Positions 20,170-29,782 of a DNA stretch of 64,000 bases are shown here, piece after piece. Source of the DNA: an uncultured virus (IMG/VR IMGVR_UViG_3300043429_001189) (taxonomy: Duplodnaviria; Heunggongvirae; Uroviricota; Caudoviricetes); IMG/VR virus record IMGVR_UViG_3300043429_001189, positions 62,001-126,000 of that record; one strand, 5' to 3'. The notes beneath the pieces are model-generated. The model was not told the origin of the DNA and did no database searches. It saw nothing but the letters and a program-made list of their open reading frames with translations. A program made the position numbers and the translations under genes. Positions within the stretch are counted from its first letter, which is position 1. Each line of letters starts with the position of its first letter.

Positions 20170-20186
20170 ATTTTTGTTTTAATTAT

Positions 20187-20212
20187 TTATATTCAGATTA
20201 AAATAATGGTTT
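20187..20212 (-). promoter_or_regulatory. Bipartite promoter AAAC-N14-GAATATAA
   Basis: One of at least 7 intergenic copies with a 14-15 nt spacer. Confidence 0.6.
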
Positions 20213-20218
20213 TAAAAA

Positions 20219-20262
20219 AAACAAAAAACCCGGAGGACTTTTAAATCTCCGGGTTTTTGTTT
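20219..20262 (-). terminator. Intrinsic terminator
   Basis: AAAAACCCGGAG...CTCCGGGTTTTT inverted repeat with T/A tails, downstream of 20275..21312. Confidence 0.85.
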
Positions 20263-20274
20263 GATTAAAATTTC

Positions 20275-21312
20275 TTAGCGTTTTTTCCGATAAATACCTA
20301 CAGTAGATTCACGTGAAGTGTACCAACTAGAATAGGAAATTATATTGCCGTAACTCAAAATTTGTGATAGCGGAGCACCAGTTATTTGCAAAATTTGGCA
20401 ATGGGTATTACCGTCTGTAAACACCATAATATCGTCAAACCCAGCATAGTCTTTATAAGTTAGCATTTGAATTGCCAAAAACAGATTAGATAACTCATCA
20501 GGAGTTTTAATACCTTTCATAACCATGTTTGTCATTTCTTCTTTATATGAAGTTAAAGAATCAGGCATTTGTGATAAAGCCAAAACAAACTTAGCTGCTT
20601 CTGCTCTAGTGAATTTTTTATTGGCAACAGCAGGAAAAATATCTTTCTTGATAGTAGTTGAACTAATACCTCTACTTACAATTTCCGAACCTAAAATTTT
20701 ATTTACGTTATCTAAGGCATCAACTCCATTTACCAATCTTCCTATCGGAGAAAGCCTACCGTTTTTTCCTTTCACTTCAACATTTCTTTTGTTAATAGGA
20801 TCATAAAGATCTCCTTTAGTTCCTTTTTGAAATGTGGTAAATACCGAAAACATTAATTCGCCAGGTCCCATATCGCCTGCTAATGCAAAATAAAGTTCCT
20901 GAAAAAATTTATCAGAAAAACCTTTATAATATGAAGCTAATGCTGAATACGGGTCAAATAAATTTCCGTACATGGAAGTAGATGACATAGGCAAAGGATT
21001 GTTTTCCAGCAAATCAATTATTTGTCCTAAATTTTCAGGTCCTCCTGTGTATAATCTTTTTGCAAGATTTTTAACCTTTTCAGCTCCTTCAGCTCTTGCG
21101 GCAGGTGGTAACTTAGCAAAAGCAATATCTTTCAAATGATTAAATGCAGATTCAGCTAAAGTATTCTTAATTGAATTAACTTTTTCGCTAAACTTTGGAT
21201 CGTCTGCATCAAGTGTACCAAGAACATCTTTGCCGGGAGTATCTTGGGCATTGATATATACCAAATTATTTTCTACAAGAAAATCTTGATAAGATAAGAA
21301 ATGTGTTTTCAT
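20275..21312 (-). CDS. Hypothetical protein, possible PD-(D/E)xK fold
   Basis: 'GPGELMF..GDL..VEVKG' motif; N-terminus LSYQDFLVE. Confidence 0.5.
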   Translation of the reverse strand: MKTHFLSYQDFLVENNLVYINAQDTPGKDVLGTLDADDPKFSEKVNSIKNTLAESAFNHLKDIAFAKLPPAARAEGAEKVKNLAKRLYTGGPENLGQIIDLLENNPLPMSSTSMYGNLFDPYSALASYYKGFSDKFFQELYFALAGDMGPGELMFSVFTTFQKGTKGDLYDPINKRNVEVKGKNGRLSPIGRLVNGVDALDNVNKILGSEIVSRGISSTTIKKDIFPAVANKKFTRAEAAKFVLALSQMPDSLTSYKEEMTNMVMKGIKTPDELSNLFLAIQMLTYKDYAGFDDIMVFTDGNTHCQILQITGAPLSQILSYGNIISYSSWYTSRESTVGIYRKKR

Positions 21313-21518
21313 TCATGTTCTATTTTTAATTGGCGCAATGCATTGCTTGCAATATCTTGATAATAACTAGGATTATCCAACACTTTGATTATATATAACC
21401 CATTCAAACTTTCTCCTTCCTTCATCTTTGATTTAATGTGTTCAAGAGGATTTGATATTGCTTTAAGAGCATTAATTGCTATTTCATATTTTTCTATTTC
21501 TACGTTATTCAAGCTCAT
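21309..21518 (-). CDS. Hypothetical protein
   Basis: 69-aa ORF. Confidence 0.6.
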   Translation of the reverse strand: MSLNNVEIEKYEIAINALKAISNPLEHIKSKMKEGESLNGLYIIKVLDNPSYYQDIASNALRQLKIEHE

Positions 21519-21536
21519 TTTTGTGTTTATTAAAAA

Positions 21537-21794
21537 TTAAATTAGATCACTAAAATCTTCAGCTTCTTTTCCTTTATTAACAATTGCAAAACCATCTATA
21601 TAATCAACAATCCCACTTTTGCTAATTCCACGTATCTCGTGGTCCACTATCATAGTTCGAAAATGATCCCTAATTAAAGATTGCGCTTGCTCGATAGATT
21701 CAGCATTAACCAAAAAAGTTTCCATTTTTGATCGCAATTTACCCGTGTCAACATCTTCACTTGTTACACGTACTCGTACTGTCCAATGACTCAT
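21537..21794 (-). CDS. DUF4494-like protein
   Basis: 'TGKLRSKMETFLVNAESIEQAQ...EIRGISKSGIVDYI' resembles the Bacteroidota DUF4494 family. Confidence 0.65.
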   Translation of the reverse strand: MSHWTVRVRVTSEDVDTGKLRSKMETFLVNAESIEQAQSLIRDHFRTMIVDHEIRGISKSGIVDYIDGFAIVNKGKEAEDFSDLI

Positions 21795-21834
21795 AATTTA
21801 ATAATTTTAAAAAGGTTAAAAAATTTTATAATAT

Positions 21835-22449
21835 TTATACTTTTACTCTAAAATAAATGTAATAATCTTTATATAAAGGATTATTTTTGGGAAAATTTCC
21901 AACATCGATTGCGTTTGGAATAACTTCCTTAATTGCTTTTGTTATAAATTCTTTAGAATGAGTTGTAGGATCGGTTGGATCCTTAATTGGCATTTCTACC
22001 GTAATATATTCCAATCGATTTAATTCTGTTTTTAAAAGTTCAGGTTTGTCATCTCTTTCATTTTTAGTAAAAGCATATTTTTTTATATCATCAGGTAATG
22101 CTTTAAACTCTTTGTGAGCATTTTTTTTAATTATTTCAATAAATTGTTTAATACCATCCAATAAATCATATAAATCTTTCTTTCCTTTAACGGTAACAAA
22201 GGATCCATACGTAGAAGTGTCAAGATCTTTTTCGACAGTTATTTCTTTGCCTACTAATGTTGGGATCAACCTATCTTGCAAATATCCTAAAACTTTTAAA
22301 TTCCCACCGCTATATTTAATTTTTCCTCCATACGAAAGAGCATATCTATCTCTTGATAAACCCCATCCAGGTGCTTCACCAAAATAAGTTTTTCTTAATG
22401 ATGCTTGTGCTTCATTGATAAATTGATCATAATCTTGAACGTAATTCAT
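21835..22449 (-). CDS. Hypothetical protein with capsid-targeting-like N-terminus
   Basis: Starts MNYVQDYDQFINEA; N-terminal region resembles 62907..63521. Confidence 0.65.
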   Translation of the reverse strand: MNYVQDYDQFINEAQASLRKTYFGEAPGWGLSRDRYALSYGGKIKYSGGNLKVLGYLQDRLIPTLVGKEITVEKDLDTSTYGSFVTVKGKKDLYDLLDGIKQFIEIIKKNAHKEFKALPDDIKKYAFTKNERDDKPELLKTELNRLEYITVEMPIKDPTDPTTHSKEFITKAIKEVIPNAIDVGNFPKNNPLYKDYYIYFRVKV

Positions 22450-22477
22450 TTAATATTATTTTTTTAACTTATCGCTA

Positions 22478-22732
22478 TTATCTAGCGCTCTTCATCATGG
22501 ATTCACACTCTTTGGCTAATTCACTTATCATAGCTTCATTTAGATTTGCATATTCGCCCAACCATTTTTCGGCAATCTCCTCTTTATCTTTGCTATTATG
22601 ATATTCTTTCATTTCATTTAATGCAGATTCATAACAATTTTTTAAAGCTTCCCAACACTTTTCTGAAACAGCATTCTTTGTTTTGCTTGTATCTTTTTCC
22701 TTAATAAAATCGTCAAATCTTTTAACTTCCAT
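22478..22732 (-). CDS. Hypothetical protein with capsid-targeting-like N-terminus
   Basis: Starts MEVKRFDDFIKE. Confidence 0.6.
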   Translation of the reverse strand: MEVKRFDDFIKEKDTSKTKNAVSEKCWEALKNCYESALNEMKEYHNSKDKEEIAEKWLGEYANLNEAMISELAKECESMMKSAR

Positions 22733-22760
22733 GGTATGGTTTTTATATATTTATCATTTG

Positions 22761-22790
22761 ATAAAGGAGGGTTTTTAGGCCCTCCTTTAT
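22761..22790 (-). terminator. Intrinsic terminator
   Basis: ATAAAGGAGGG...CCCTCCTTTAT inverted repeat after 22798..23934. Confidence 0.75.
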
Positions 22791-22797
22791 TTTGATA

Positions 22798-23934
22798 TTA
22801 AAGCATTTCAATTAATTGAGGATAATCAACTTTAACATTTTTAGCAACATCTTCTAAATCAAGTTGTTTTTTGAACAAAAGATCAGATGCTTTGATTTGC
22901 AAATCAGCACGGTCAGTATATTCCATCGAAATTTTTTCCGGGTGTGACGCAATGTATGTAAGCATATTAAAAAAGTCATATGCGCAAATGCCTGAATTTG
23001 CTGTGCTTTGCCATTTATTTGATTTTTCTTTTACGTCAGTTCCGTATGCCTGATAAAAAGGTGAATCATCAAGATAAGAATAAATTATTTTATCATAGTT
23101 ATCATTCTGATTCTTGCGCTCAAACCACTTACGAAAATGATAAAATTCTGCAATAGAGATATTATTACTTTGCAAATGACGAACCGCGTGTTGTAGTTCC
23201 TGTGACATTGTTTCAGAATTTTGAATCAATGCTTTTTCAATTATGCTTTGAATCTTTTGATTGTTATATTTGGATTGTGTGATATTGCTATTAAAGCCAT
23301 ATTGCATTCCAGTGTTTCCATTTGAACAAGAAAGCCTCTCAAAGAATGGAGCATAATTAAACTGTACTCCGCCAAATGAAAATCTTTCGCCAGTTTTCCA
23401 AATGTCAACGCCTGTTCCAAACATATCAACATCAGAATTATTATCCAACAAAGTCAAGTCAACTAATCCACGAGATGCATCCAAACCGATACTTTTTAGT
23501 GAATATTCTTTTTCAGATTCAGCCAAAGAATCAGTAATCCACCCCAAAAAACGCTCCATATCTCGATTATCCTCTTTTTTCTTGTTTTCGTTCCGATTAA
23601 ATACGCTAATAATTTCTTTTTTGGTCATAGAAGAGCCCGGCCTTACTTTAGCATACATTTTATGTTCGGATTCAGCTTTTTGCAAACGCTTTGACACATT
23701 GTACCAATCTTCAGGACTCATTTTCTTTTCAAGATCAGTAAAATTGGAACGAACTCTTAAAGCATTTAATACACTTTTTTGTGCGTTTCCTGTTAATTTA
23801 ACATCATTCAAGAAAATTCCGTTTTCTATCTTTAGATCACCTAACTTAAATTCTTGAATTGAGAAGTTTGAAGCTTCTTTAAAAATTCGTTCAGATTCTT
23901 CCTGAATCTTTTGGATAACATTTTGGTTGTTCAT
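22798..23934 (-). CDS. DUF932-like protein
   Basis: 'APFFERLSCSNG' motif. Confidence 0.55.
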   Translation of the reverse strand: MNNQNVIQKIQEESERIFKEASNFSIQEFKLGDLKIENGIFLNDVKLTGNAQKSVLNALRVRSNFTDLEKKMSPEDWYNVSKRLQKAESEHKMYAKVRPGSSMTKKEIISVFNRNENKKKEDNRDMERFLGWITDSLAESEKEYSLKSIGLDASRGLVDLTLLDNNSDVDMFGTGVDIWKTGERFSFGGVQFNYAPFFERLSCSNGNTGMQYGFNSNITQSKYNNQKIQSIIEKALIQNSETMSQELQHAVRHLQSNNISIAEFYHFRKWFERKNQNDNYDKIIYSYLDDSPFYQAYGTDVKEKSNKWQSTANSGICAYDFFNMLTYIASHPEKISMEYTDRADLQIKASDLLFKKQLDLEDVAKNVKVDYPQLIEML

Positions 23935-23955
23935 AAAAAAATTTATTTTTTATTT

Positions 23956-23981
23956 TTATATTCTAAGAATTTAAAAAGTTT
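23956..23981 (-). promoter_or_regulatory. Bipartite promoter AAAC-N14-GAATATAA
   Basis: Motif copy 21 nt upstream of the 23934 start. Confidence 0.6.
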
Positions 23982-24508
23982 TAAAAAGTAAGGTTGTAGT
24001 TAATAACTTTTATTGCGTAGTCATTTATACAAGGATGTCCAGTATTATACGCGCCTAATGCAAGTCTCCAATCTTTGTGTTTTTCATAAAGCATTTTCAT
24101 TATTCTCATTGATGCTTTAACATTCATGTCAATATCAGTCTGTAAATCTTCTTCAGTAAAATCCACATCAACAAAAGGATGCGCATATTTAGGCATAATT
24201 TGCATAGGCCCTACTGCGCCTGCATTTGACTTTAAAGAATGTTTGTATTTCCAATCATCAGGGCCTTTGTAGCGAGATTCTTGATACGCTATACCAAAAG
24301 CATATTTTTTGGGTATGTTATATTCAGTAGAATATTTAGAAACATAATAATACATCTGAATACACGGAGGTGCAGATTGCAAAGTTTCAATCTTTTTTTC
24401 GTTAATATTGGTATCTTTAGGTCTTTGATAGTTATTAATTAAAAAAGATAAGCAAGATACTAATAATATACTTATAAGCACCTTGCTTATTATTTTTTTA
24501 TTCATCAT
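23981..24508 (-). CDS. Lytic transglycosylase (SLT domain) with N-terminal membrane anchor
   Basis: 'IAYQESRY', 'GAVGPMQIMP', 'ALGAYNTG'; start moved to MMNKK. Confidence 0.9.
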   Translation of the reverse strand: MMNKKIISKVLISILLVSCLSFLINNYQRPKDTNINEKKIETLQSAPPCIQMYYYVSKYSTEYNIPKKYAFGIAYQESRYKGPDDWKYKHSLKSNAGAVGPMQIMPKYAHPFVDVDFTEEDLQTDIDMNVKASMRIMKMLYEKHKDWRLALGAYNTGHPCINDYAIKVINYNLTF

Positions 24509-24722
24509 TTTTAACGGCGCTTGATTTGCTAACAGGAGTAAAAATCCAAATAAATAGTTGCAGCCCAACGGCTTCCCAGAAATTTATTTGTTTTAATCCA
24601 AAAATTGAAGGCATAAGCCAATTCCATAAAAATAATGTAGGAAATCCTAGAATAACCATGACTAAAATCATTAATCCAAAGCCACCCAAAATAATAGATA
24701 AAATAGAGGTAAATTTATTCAT
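24498..24722 (-). CDS. Small membrane protein
   Basis: Hydrophobic; 'LWNWLMPSIFGLKQINFWEAVGL'. Confidence 0.7.
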   Translation of the reverse strand: MNKFTSILSIILGGFGLMILVMVILGFPTLFLWNWLMPSIFGLKQINFWEAVGLQLFIWIFTPVSKSSAVKNDE

Positions 24723-24726
24723 TTTT

Positions 24727-25047
24727 TTATTTTTTTGTTAATTCATAATCCCATGTTGCATTTTTTTCAAGATATTGCCACAAATCTTCGATTGATTCGC
24801 AAATAACTTTCCCATCTGCATCAAATGCCTGTAAATCTTTACGGGTGCCCCATTTTTTGTCATAGCACCACCATTCAAATATATCTTTTCCTTCTTTGCC
24901 GTATACAGCGCCAATTAAGTGACTATTTGCTTTTTGTAATGGTTCTATAAAATTTAACGAATCAATTCCCAATTTATAAAATGCGTCAAATAATTCTTCT
25001 TGCTTTTTTAAACATTCAACCACTTCTTTAAAAACTTCCAAATTCAT
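24727..25047 (-). CDS. Hypothetical protein
   Basis: 106-aa ORF. Confidence 0.65.
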   Translation of the reverse strand: MNLEVFKEVVECLKKQEELFDAFYKLGIDSLNFIEPLQKANSHLIGAVYGKEGKDIFEWWCYDKKWGTRKDLQAFDADGKVICESIEDLWQYLEKNATWDYELTKK

Positions 25048-25048
25048 A

Positions 25049-25243
25049 TTATGTATTAATGTTTATATTTTTTATTTTTAGATGAATTATAGTTATCCAA
25101 GTTTCGATTATAATTAATTTAATGAACCAATCAAAATTCATTTTTTGCAAAACATCTGGCTTGTGCAAAGAATACAGCAATATTCCCATTAAACATGCAT
25201 ATACTGCAAAATACCAATAACTAATTAATTTAGTAAATTTCAT
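25049..25243 (-). CDS. Small membrane protein
   Basis: Two hydrophobic segments. Confidence 0.55.
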   Translation of the reverse strand: MKFTKLISYWYFAVYACLMGILLYSLHKPDVLQKMNFDWFIKLIIIETWITIIHLKIKNININT

Positions 25244-25249
25244 AAGGTT

Positions 25250-25774
25250 TTAGGGTTTAATCCAATACCACATATCATTAACAGATTGAATTGGATTCAT
25301 ATTTAAAGAAGCTGCAAATTCAGTTATTGCTTGTTGAACTTCTGAAATTGCTTGATAGTCATGAAACGAAAAAACTCCACCTGATTTAAGTTTAGGATAA
25401 TAATTTTGACAATCCAACAAAACTTGCTCGTATGTATGTAAACCATCAATAAAAATAAAGTCGATTGAATTATCTATAAAATTATCCACTGCGTTATCAG
25501 AAAAATCTTTGTATAATACAAATCTTTCGCCGAAAGTAGCAAGCCTTTCACTCATTTTTTCAAAACAAAAATCCCTTTGACTTTGAAAAAGCTCATAATC
25601 ATTCCAATCCTTATATCCTACGTAAGGATCGACGCCATACAAAGTTAATAATGAACGATTTGATAAAAGGGCATGCGCTGTATCTCCAAGATCAACTCCT
25701 ATTTCTATTCCCTGGATTTGTTTGTTTGTAGGTAATAGATTTAATAACCCATACCCAGCAACTTGTTGTTCCAT
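25250..25774 (-). CDS. Class I SAM-dependent methyltransferase (Methyltransf_24-like)
   Basis: 'GIEIGVDLG', 'IDFIFIDGLHTYE', 'LKSGGVFSFHDY'. Confidence 0.85.
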   Translation of the reverse strand: MEQQVAGYGLLNLLPTNKQIQGIEIGVDLGDTAHALLSNRSLLTLYGVDPYVGYKDWNDYELFQSQRDFCFEKMSERLATFGERFVLYKDFSDNAVDNFIDNSIDFIFIDGLHTYEQVLLDCQNYYPKLKSGGVFSFHDYQAISEVQQAITEFAASLNMNPIQSVNDMWYWIKP

Positions 25775-25792
25775 AATATATTTTATTACTAT

Positions 25793-25999
25793 TTATCTTT
25801 GGATGATTTCTTTATCCCAATCAGAAGTATCATAATTAAATCCAATAACTACAAATTTGTCCTTGCCAGCTTTCCATTGTGTTTCTTTTAAAGAAGGCTT
25901 ATTTGTGTAAGCGTATGCGGTACCAATTTTATCAACCGCAGCAAAATTATAATTTTTTGGAATATCTTGTTTGGATAATTTTTTATTTTTCATTATCAT
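25793..25999 (-). CDS. Small protein, paralog of the repeated domain in 61041..61712
   Basis: 'LSKQDIPKNYNFAAVDKIGTAYAYTNKP'. Confidence 0.65.
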   Translation of the reverse strand: MIMKNKKLSKQDIPKNYNFAAVDKIGTAYAYTNKPSLKETQWKAGKDKFVVIGFNYDTSDWDKEIIQR

Positions 26000-26186
26000 T
26001 AATATTTTTTGTTGCTTTTTTCATCTCTTTGTGCATATCATATACATAGATACAAAAAAACAAGGTACTTAAAATAAAAATAGAATAGCCTCTGAATGTA
26101 TCTAATGTTAAACCATAAGCGGCTGAAATAGCAAGAAAAGTAGCCACAATAAATTTAATTACTTGACTAAAATAAAATTCTTTCAT
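25983..26186 (-). CDS. Small membrane protein
   Basis: Two hydrophobic segments. Confidence 0.55.
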   Translation of the reverse strand: MKEFYFSQVIKFIVATFLAISAAYGLTLDTFRGYSIFILSTLFFCIYVYDMHKEMKKATKNINDNEK

Positions 26187-26883
26187 ATTTAAAATATTTA
26201 ATTACAAAATCTGATATCGGCGGAAAAAGTTGTTTATTAACCTTTTTTGTGACTGCGTTATTAAGAATAACATTCATTCGTGTGCGGTTAAAATCTTCAA
26301 GAATTGAAGCGTCATCAATTGTTCTGACTAACTTATTATCATAATAAAATTTAACATAATCTTTTTGCCAATCAACTCGATATTTAATAAAATTTTTAGT
26401 TGGATCTTTAAACCCAAAATTATGAGTTTCTCCGCCGCAATCCATTTTTATTCCGTTTTTCTTATAATGCAAATTTGTTTCAACTTTCCAAATATTTCTT
26501 GGCTTAAGTAAATTTATGTTAAAATAATTTGGACACCAATCACTATAACCTTCAAAAACATCAATTTCAGGCGGCCAATCATCCCAGCTCCACATCCAAA
26601 AAGCAGGCCATAAATTTTTTCCATAAGGCAGCTTGGCCTCAACTTCATAACTACCATGAAAAAAGTCTCGATACGTACATGATACTAAACCTATTCCAAC
26701 CGTAGATACAACATCTAAGTGTGGAAAATATCTAGGACTGTATGTTGTTTTTAAATGAAGATATCCATTGCCGTCAATCTCAACACAATGTGGATCATAC
26801 CACTGTTCAGATTTTTCGGGATGAATATCACCCCATCTTTCTTGTTTAATCCATTCGTATCCACACCAATTAATAGTTTCCAT
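26167..26883 (-). CDS. Glycoside hydrolase family 16
   Basis: 'LWPAFWM..WPPEIDVFE' catalytic ExDxxE motif. Confidence 0.9.
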   Translation of the reverse strand: METINWCGYEWIKQERWGDIHPEKSEQWYDPHCVEIDGNGYLHLKTTYSPRYFPHLDVVSTVGIGLVSCTYRDFFHGSYEVEAKLPYGKNLWPAFWMWSWDDWPPEIDVFEGYSDWCPNYFNINLLKPRNIWKVETNLHYKKNGIKMDCGGETHNFGFKDPTKNFIKYRVDWQKDYVKFYYDNKLVRTIDDASILEDFNRTRMNVILNNAVTKKVNKQLFPPISDFVIKYFKYERILF

Positions 26884-27181
26884 TTTTTAATCTTTTTTTT
26901 ATAGGATGCATATCCAATTTATCAACATCTTTTGATAAATTAATAAACATTTTTATAGCTTTTGCAAAATACATACCTTTTCTGTTAAAATGTGAATAAC
27001 TAAGATTATTAATATGTAAATCTTTAGGTCCCCACAAGATCCAGTAATTAGTTTTGCGGCTGTCTTTTACTTTAGTATTTTTTTCTTCTTTATCATTTTT
27101 TATCAGAACTAATTGATTATTTTTTCCAATAAAGTGATTAATAATAAAACAATTTCCTAATTTGGTATGATTTATTAACAT
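26870..27181 (-). CDS. Hypothetical protein
   Basis: 103-aa ORF. Confidence 0.55.
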   Translation of the reverse strand: MLINHTKLGNCFIINHFIGKNNQLVLIKNDKEEKNTKVKDSRKTNYWILWGPKDLHINNLSYSHFNRKGMYFAKAIKMFINLSKDVDKLDMHPIKKRLKNGNY

Positions 27182-27185
27182 AATT

Positions 27186-27371
27186 TTAATTTAAAGAACG
27201 TGTCATAATTTTTTGAATATTTTCTGCGTTTTGATTTTTAAGTAATTTAATGTGATTTATTAAAATACTTATTTCCTCATCTTTTTTAAGAATCAAATCG
27301 CTTTGTGATTTGATTATCTTTTCAAAAGAATCAATGATATCTTTTGCTTCTTTGACAGAGTTAATATCCAT
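27186..27371 (-). CDS. Hypothetical coiled-coil protein
   Basis: 61-aa ORF. Confidence 0.55.
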   Translation of the reverse strand: MDINSVKEAKDIIDSFEKIIKSQSDLILKKDEEISILINHIKLLKNQNAENIQKIMTRSLN

Positions 27372-27402
27372 AATGTTTTATTTTTATATACATATATAAT
27401 AA

Positions 27403-27435
27403 AAAAGTTCAAAGGAAATTATCCTTTGAACTTTT
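27403..27435 (-). terminator. Intrinsic terminator
   Basis: AAAAGTTCAAAGGA...TCCTTTGAACTTTT inverted repeat. Confidence 0.75.
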
Positions 27436-27450
27436 AAGTTATTAACATTT

Positions 27451-28140
27451 TTATCGATATAAAGCAACCGGGTATTCTTCTAATTCCCAAGGAACCTTAT
27501 TTAAGAAAAAGTTTCTGATTAAAATCATATGCGGGCAATATCTTTCATGCGCATGAATCCTTGTGTTTTCTTTTCCGTATTTAAAATCATTTAATAAAAA
27601 ATCAATAAATTCTTGTTCAAACGGAGTAGAATGTAATTTTTCAAATTCTTCATATAGAAAAAAATGTTTTGCATACTTATAAGGCATCACAGCAAACACA
27701 TCAGATATTAATCCCCACGATTCAGCAACTGAAGTTTTTACAGAATTTAATGATTGATTAATAGTAAAATTTGTTAAAAAAGCAAGATCATACCTTGAAA
27801 AAATTATATTGTCATAAGTATCTTTTGGCACTAAATTATATGCTTCTTTTCTGCCATAGTGCATTGATGCATTTTGCCACAATTTATCACTATTAGGTCC
27901 TTTTAAGAATTTCTTTTTAATTCTTGCTTCTATGTTTAAAAATTCTGAATTATCATTTAGATTTTTGCATTTTATTTGTTTAGGCTTTAATGTATCAACA
28001 ATCTTTTGATATTCTTTTTCATTATTACTCCATAAATGACAATAAACATCAAGATTATTTGCATTAATAAAATTGACTATTGTATCTGCGGTTTTTTCAA
28101 ATGTTCTAAATTCGCCCGCCAAAATTAAACAGTTTTTCAT
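27451..28140 (-). CDS. Putative glycosyltransferase-like protein
   Basis: 'CLILAGEFRTF..DVYCHLW..YDNIIFSRYDL' family motif; paralog of the next gene. Confidence 0.55.
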   Translation of the reverse strand: MKNCLILAGEFRTFEKTADTIVNFINANNLDVYCHLWSNNEKEYQKIVDTLKPKQIKCKNLNDNSEFLNIEARIKKKFLKGPNSDKLWQNASMHYGRKEAYNLVPKDTYDNIIFSRYDLAFLTNFTINQSLNSVKTSVAESWGLISDVFAVMPYKYAKHFFLYEEFEKLHSTPFEQEFIDFLLNDFKYGKENTRIHAHERYCPHMILIRNFFLNKVPWELEEYPVALYR

Positions 28141-28898
28141 TGCTCTAATTGTATCATTTGATGAAATTCATCATTTACCCAAACCCCTTGGATTCTTAAC
28201 GGATTTTCTTTTCTGACTAAACCTACATTAATGAACCGATTTCTCATTAAATTGTTTATGACGCCTTCTTTGGTTAATTGAGCTTTAAGCATAGGTTCTC
28301 CGTTCATATCTACTCCTTGGTGGTAAAAGTTTGATAAGTTATCATAAGTACCAGCAATTTTATAAAAATTTTCTTGTGAAGAGATTGAAAAATTATCATT
28401 AAACCACCCCATCACAGGACAATTATCAGGAACCCAAATGCGATCGCCAACCAATTCTTTAAGTGGTCTTAATCCTTTCACGGCTGAATCGGTTCTCATT
28501 TTAAAAACCAAATCATAAGATTTTCCGCTCTGTTTTAAAAGCTCGCCTACTTGTGCTTGCGAATAATACATCCTATGAACTATTTCAGGCGAAGTAGGAG
28601 CGGGTGTTCTTGAAAAAACTTTTGAATCATTAACAAATGTTCTTTCTTCTTCAACCAGCAACGCAGCTGGTTCATAGATATCTTCAATCTTTTCCTTAAT
28701 GTTTTCTATATCAATTACAGCTGAAGATTCTTCAATCGAAGTCCACGGAGACCGCATGTAATTTTTTGCATCTTTAGGTTTCCAAAGGTGCATATAAACA
28801 TCAACTTCACCTTCCGCTTTAATATCCCGTAAAAATTCCAGGATTTCAGCGTTGTTATAAAAACGGGGTTGCCCGTAAAAACATAATGCTATTTTCAT
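28137..28898 (-). CDS. Putative glycosyltransferase-like protein
   Basis: 'MKIALCFYGQPR..DVYMHLW..YDLVFKMRTD..FNDNF'. Confidence 0.55.
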   Translation of the reverse strand: MKIALCFYGQPRFYNNAEILEFLRDIKAEGEVDVYMHLWKPKDAKNYMRSPWTSIEESSAVIDIENIKEKIEDIYEPAALLVEEERTFVNDSKVFSRTPAPTSPEIVHRMYYSQAQVGELLKQSGKSYDLVFKMRTDSAVKGLRPLKELVGDRIWVPDNCPVMGWFNDNFSISSQENFYKIAGTYDNLSNFYHQGVDMNGEPMLKAQLTKEGVINNLMRNRFINVGLVRKENPLRIQGVWVNDEFHQMIQLEQ

Positions 28899-29782
28899 AC
28901 AAATTTGTTTGTTAAAAGTTCTTTCCAAGGTTGATATCTATCATATTGATGAACTATTGCGTACGGTTCACCCAACGCATTGCATACTTGTCCATCCTTC
29001 ATTTGAGGCAATCCACACAACATAACATCAGTAAATTTTTTATGCGCTCTAAATCTTTCATACGAATCGTATTCACTTCTTTTTTTGGTTGACCATTCAG
29101 GAGTGTTCATAGGAATTGCATACAAAGTTCCTAAATTTGCACACCACGTAGAATCTCCTCCACATATTTTGGTTTTTTCATCAAAAATTCGGCGAATTGC
29201 TAAATTATAATAGCACTGATCAACAAAAGCACCAGGGTCTTTGCCAAAATATGCAAGTTCAGCTATTGCGGTAAATACTTTAATTATCATGTCTTTTTTG
29301 CCAGCAATAATACCTGAACATAAAGTTTCATAATTTTTCATAAGATCAAAAAAGGTGTTTCCAAAATGACGTTGTAACATATCACCATTCCAATCTTCAT
29401 GTTTATACTTTACTCCTTCGCCTGTTGCTATAATACTATATTCTTCAATGTTATCTTTTACCCATTTTCCTGGGTCAGATTGAAACACAACATCTCTTAT
29501 GTCTGTGGTGATAACAACATCATAATTTTTCCCGTATTCACCTTCTAATATACCAGCAAAATCCAAAAATCTTTGAGTTGCAATGTTTAAATCTCCATTT
29601 ACAGTTCCTAGAATAACTCCGATATTTTGACTTTTAAGATATTCAGGTACTGTTTCGTCAATAGGATCATATACTACAACCAATACATCTCCATCAAATT
29701 CTACTTTTTTAAGACTATTTACCCAAGGTTTTAAATCATCAACTGTATAACCTCCAGCTGCTGCAATTAAACAAGTTTTCAT
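28895..29782 (-). CDS. GT-A fold glycosyltransferase
   Basis: 'VITTDIRDVVFQSDP', 'CSGIIAG', 'DQCYYN', 'IVHQYDR'. Confidence 0.7.
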   Translation of the reverse strand: MKTCLIAAAGGYTVDDLKPWVNSLKKVEFDGDVLVVVYDPIDETVPEYLKSQNIGVILGTVNGDLNIATQRFLDFAGILEGEYGKNYDVVITTDIRDVVFQSDPGKWVKDNIEEYSIIATGEGVKYKHEDWNGDMLQRHFGNTFFDLMKNYETLCSGIIAGKKDMIIKVFTAIAELAYFGKDPGAFVDQCYYNLAIRRIFDEKTKICGGDSTWCANLGTLYAIPMNTPEWSTKKRSEYDSYERFRAHKKFTDVMLCGLPQMKDGQVCNALGEPYAIVHQYDRYQPWKELLTNKFV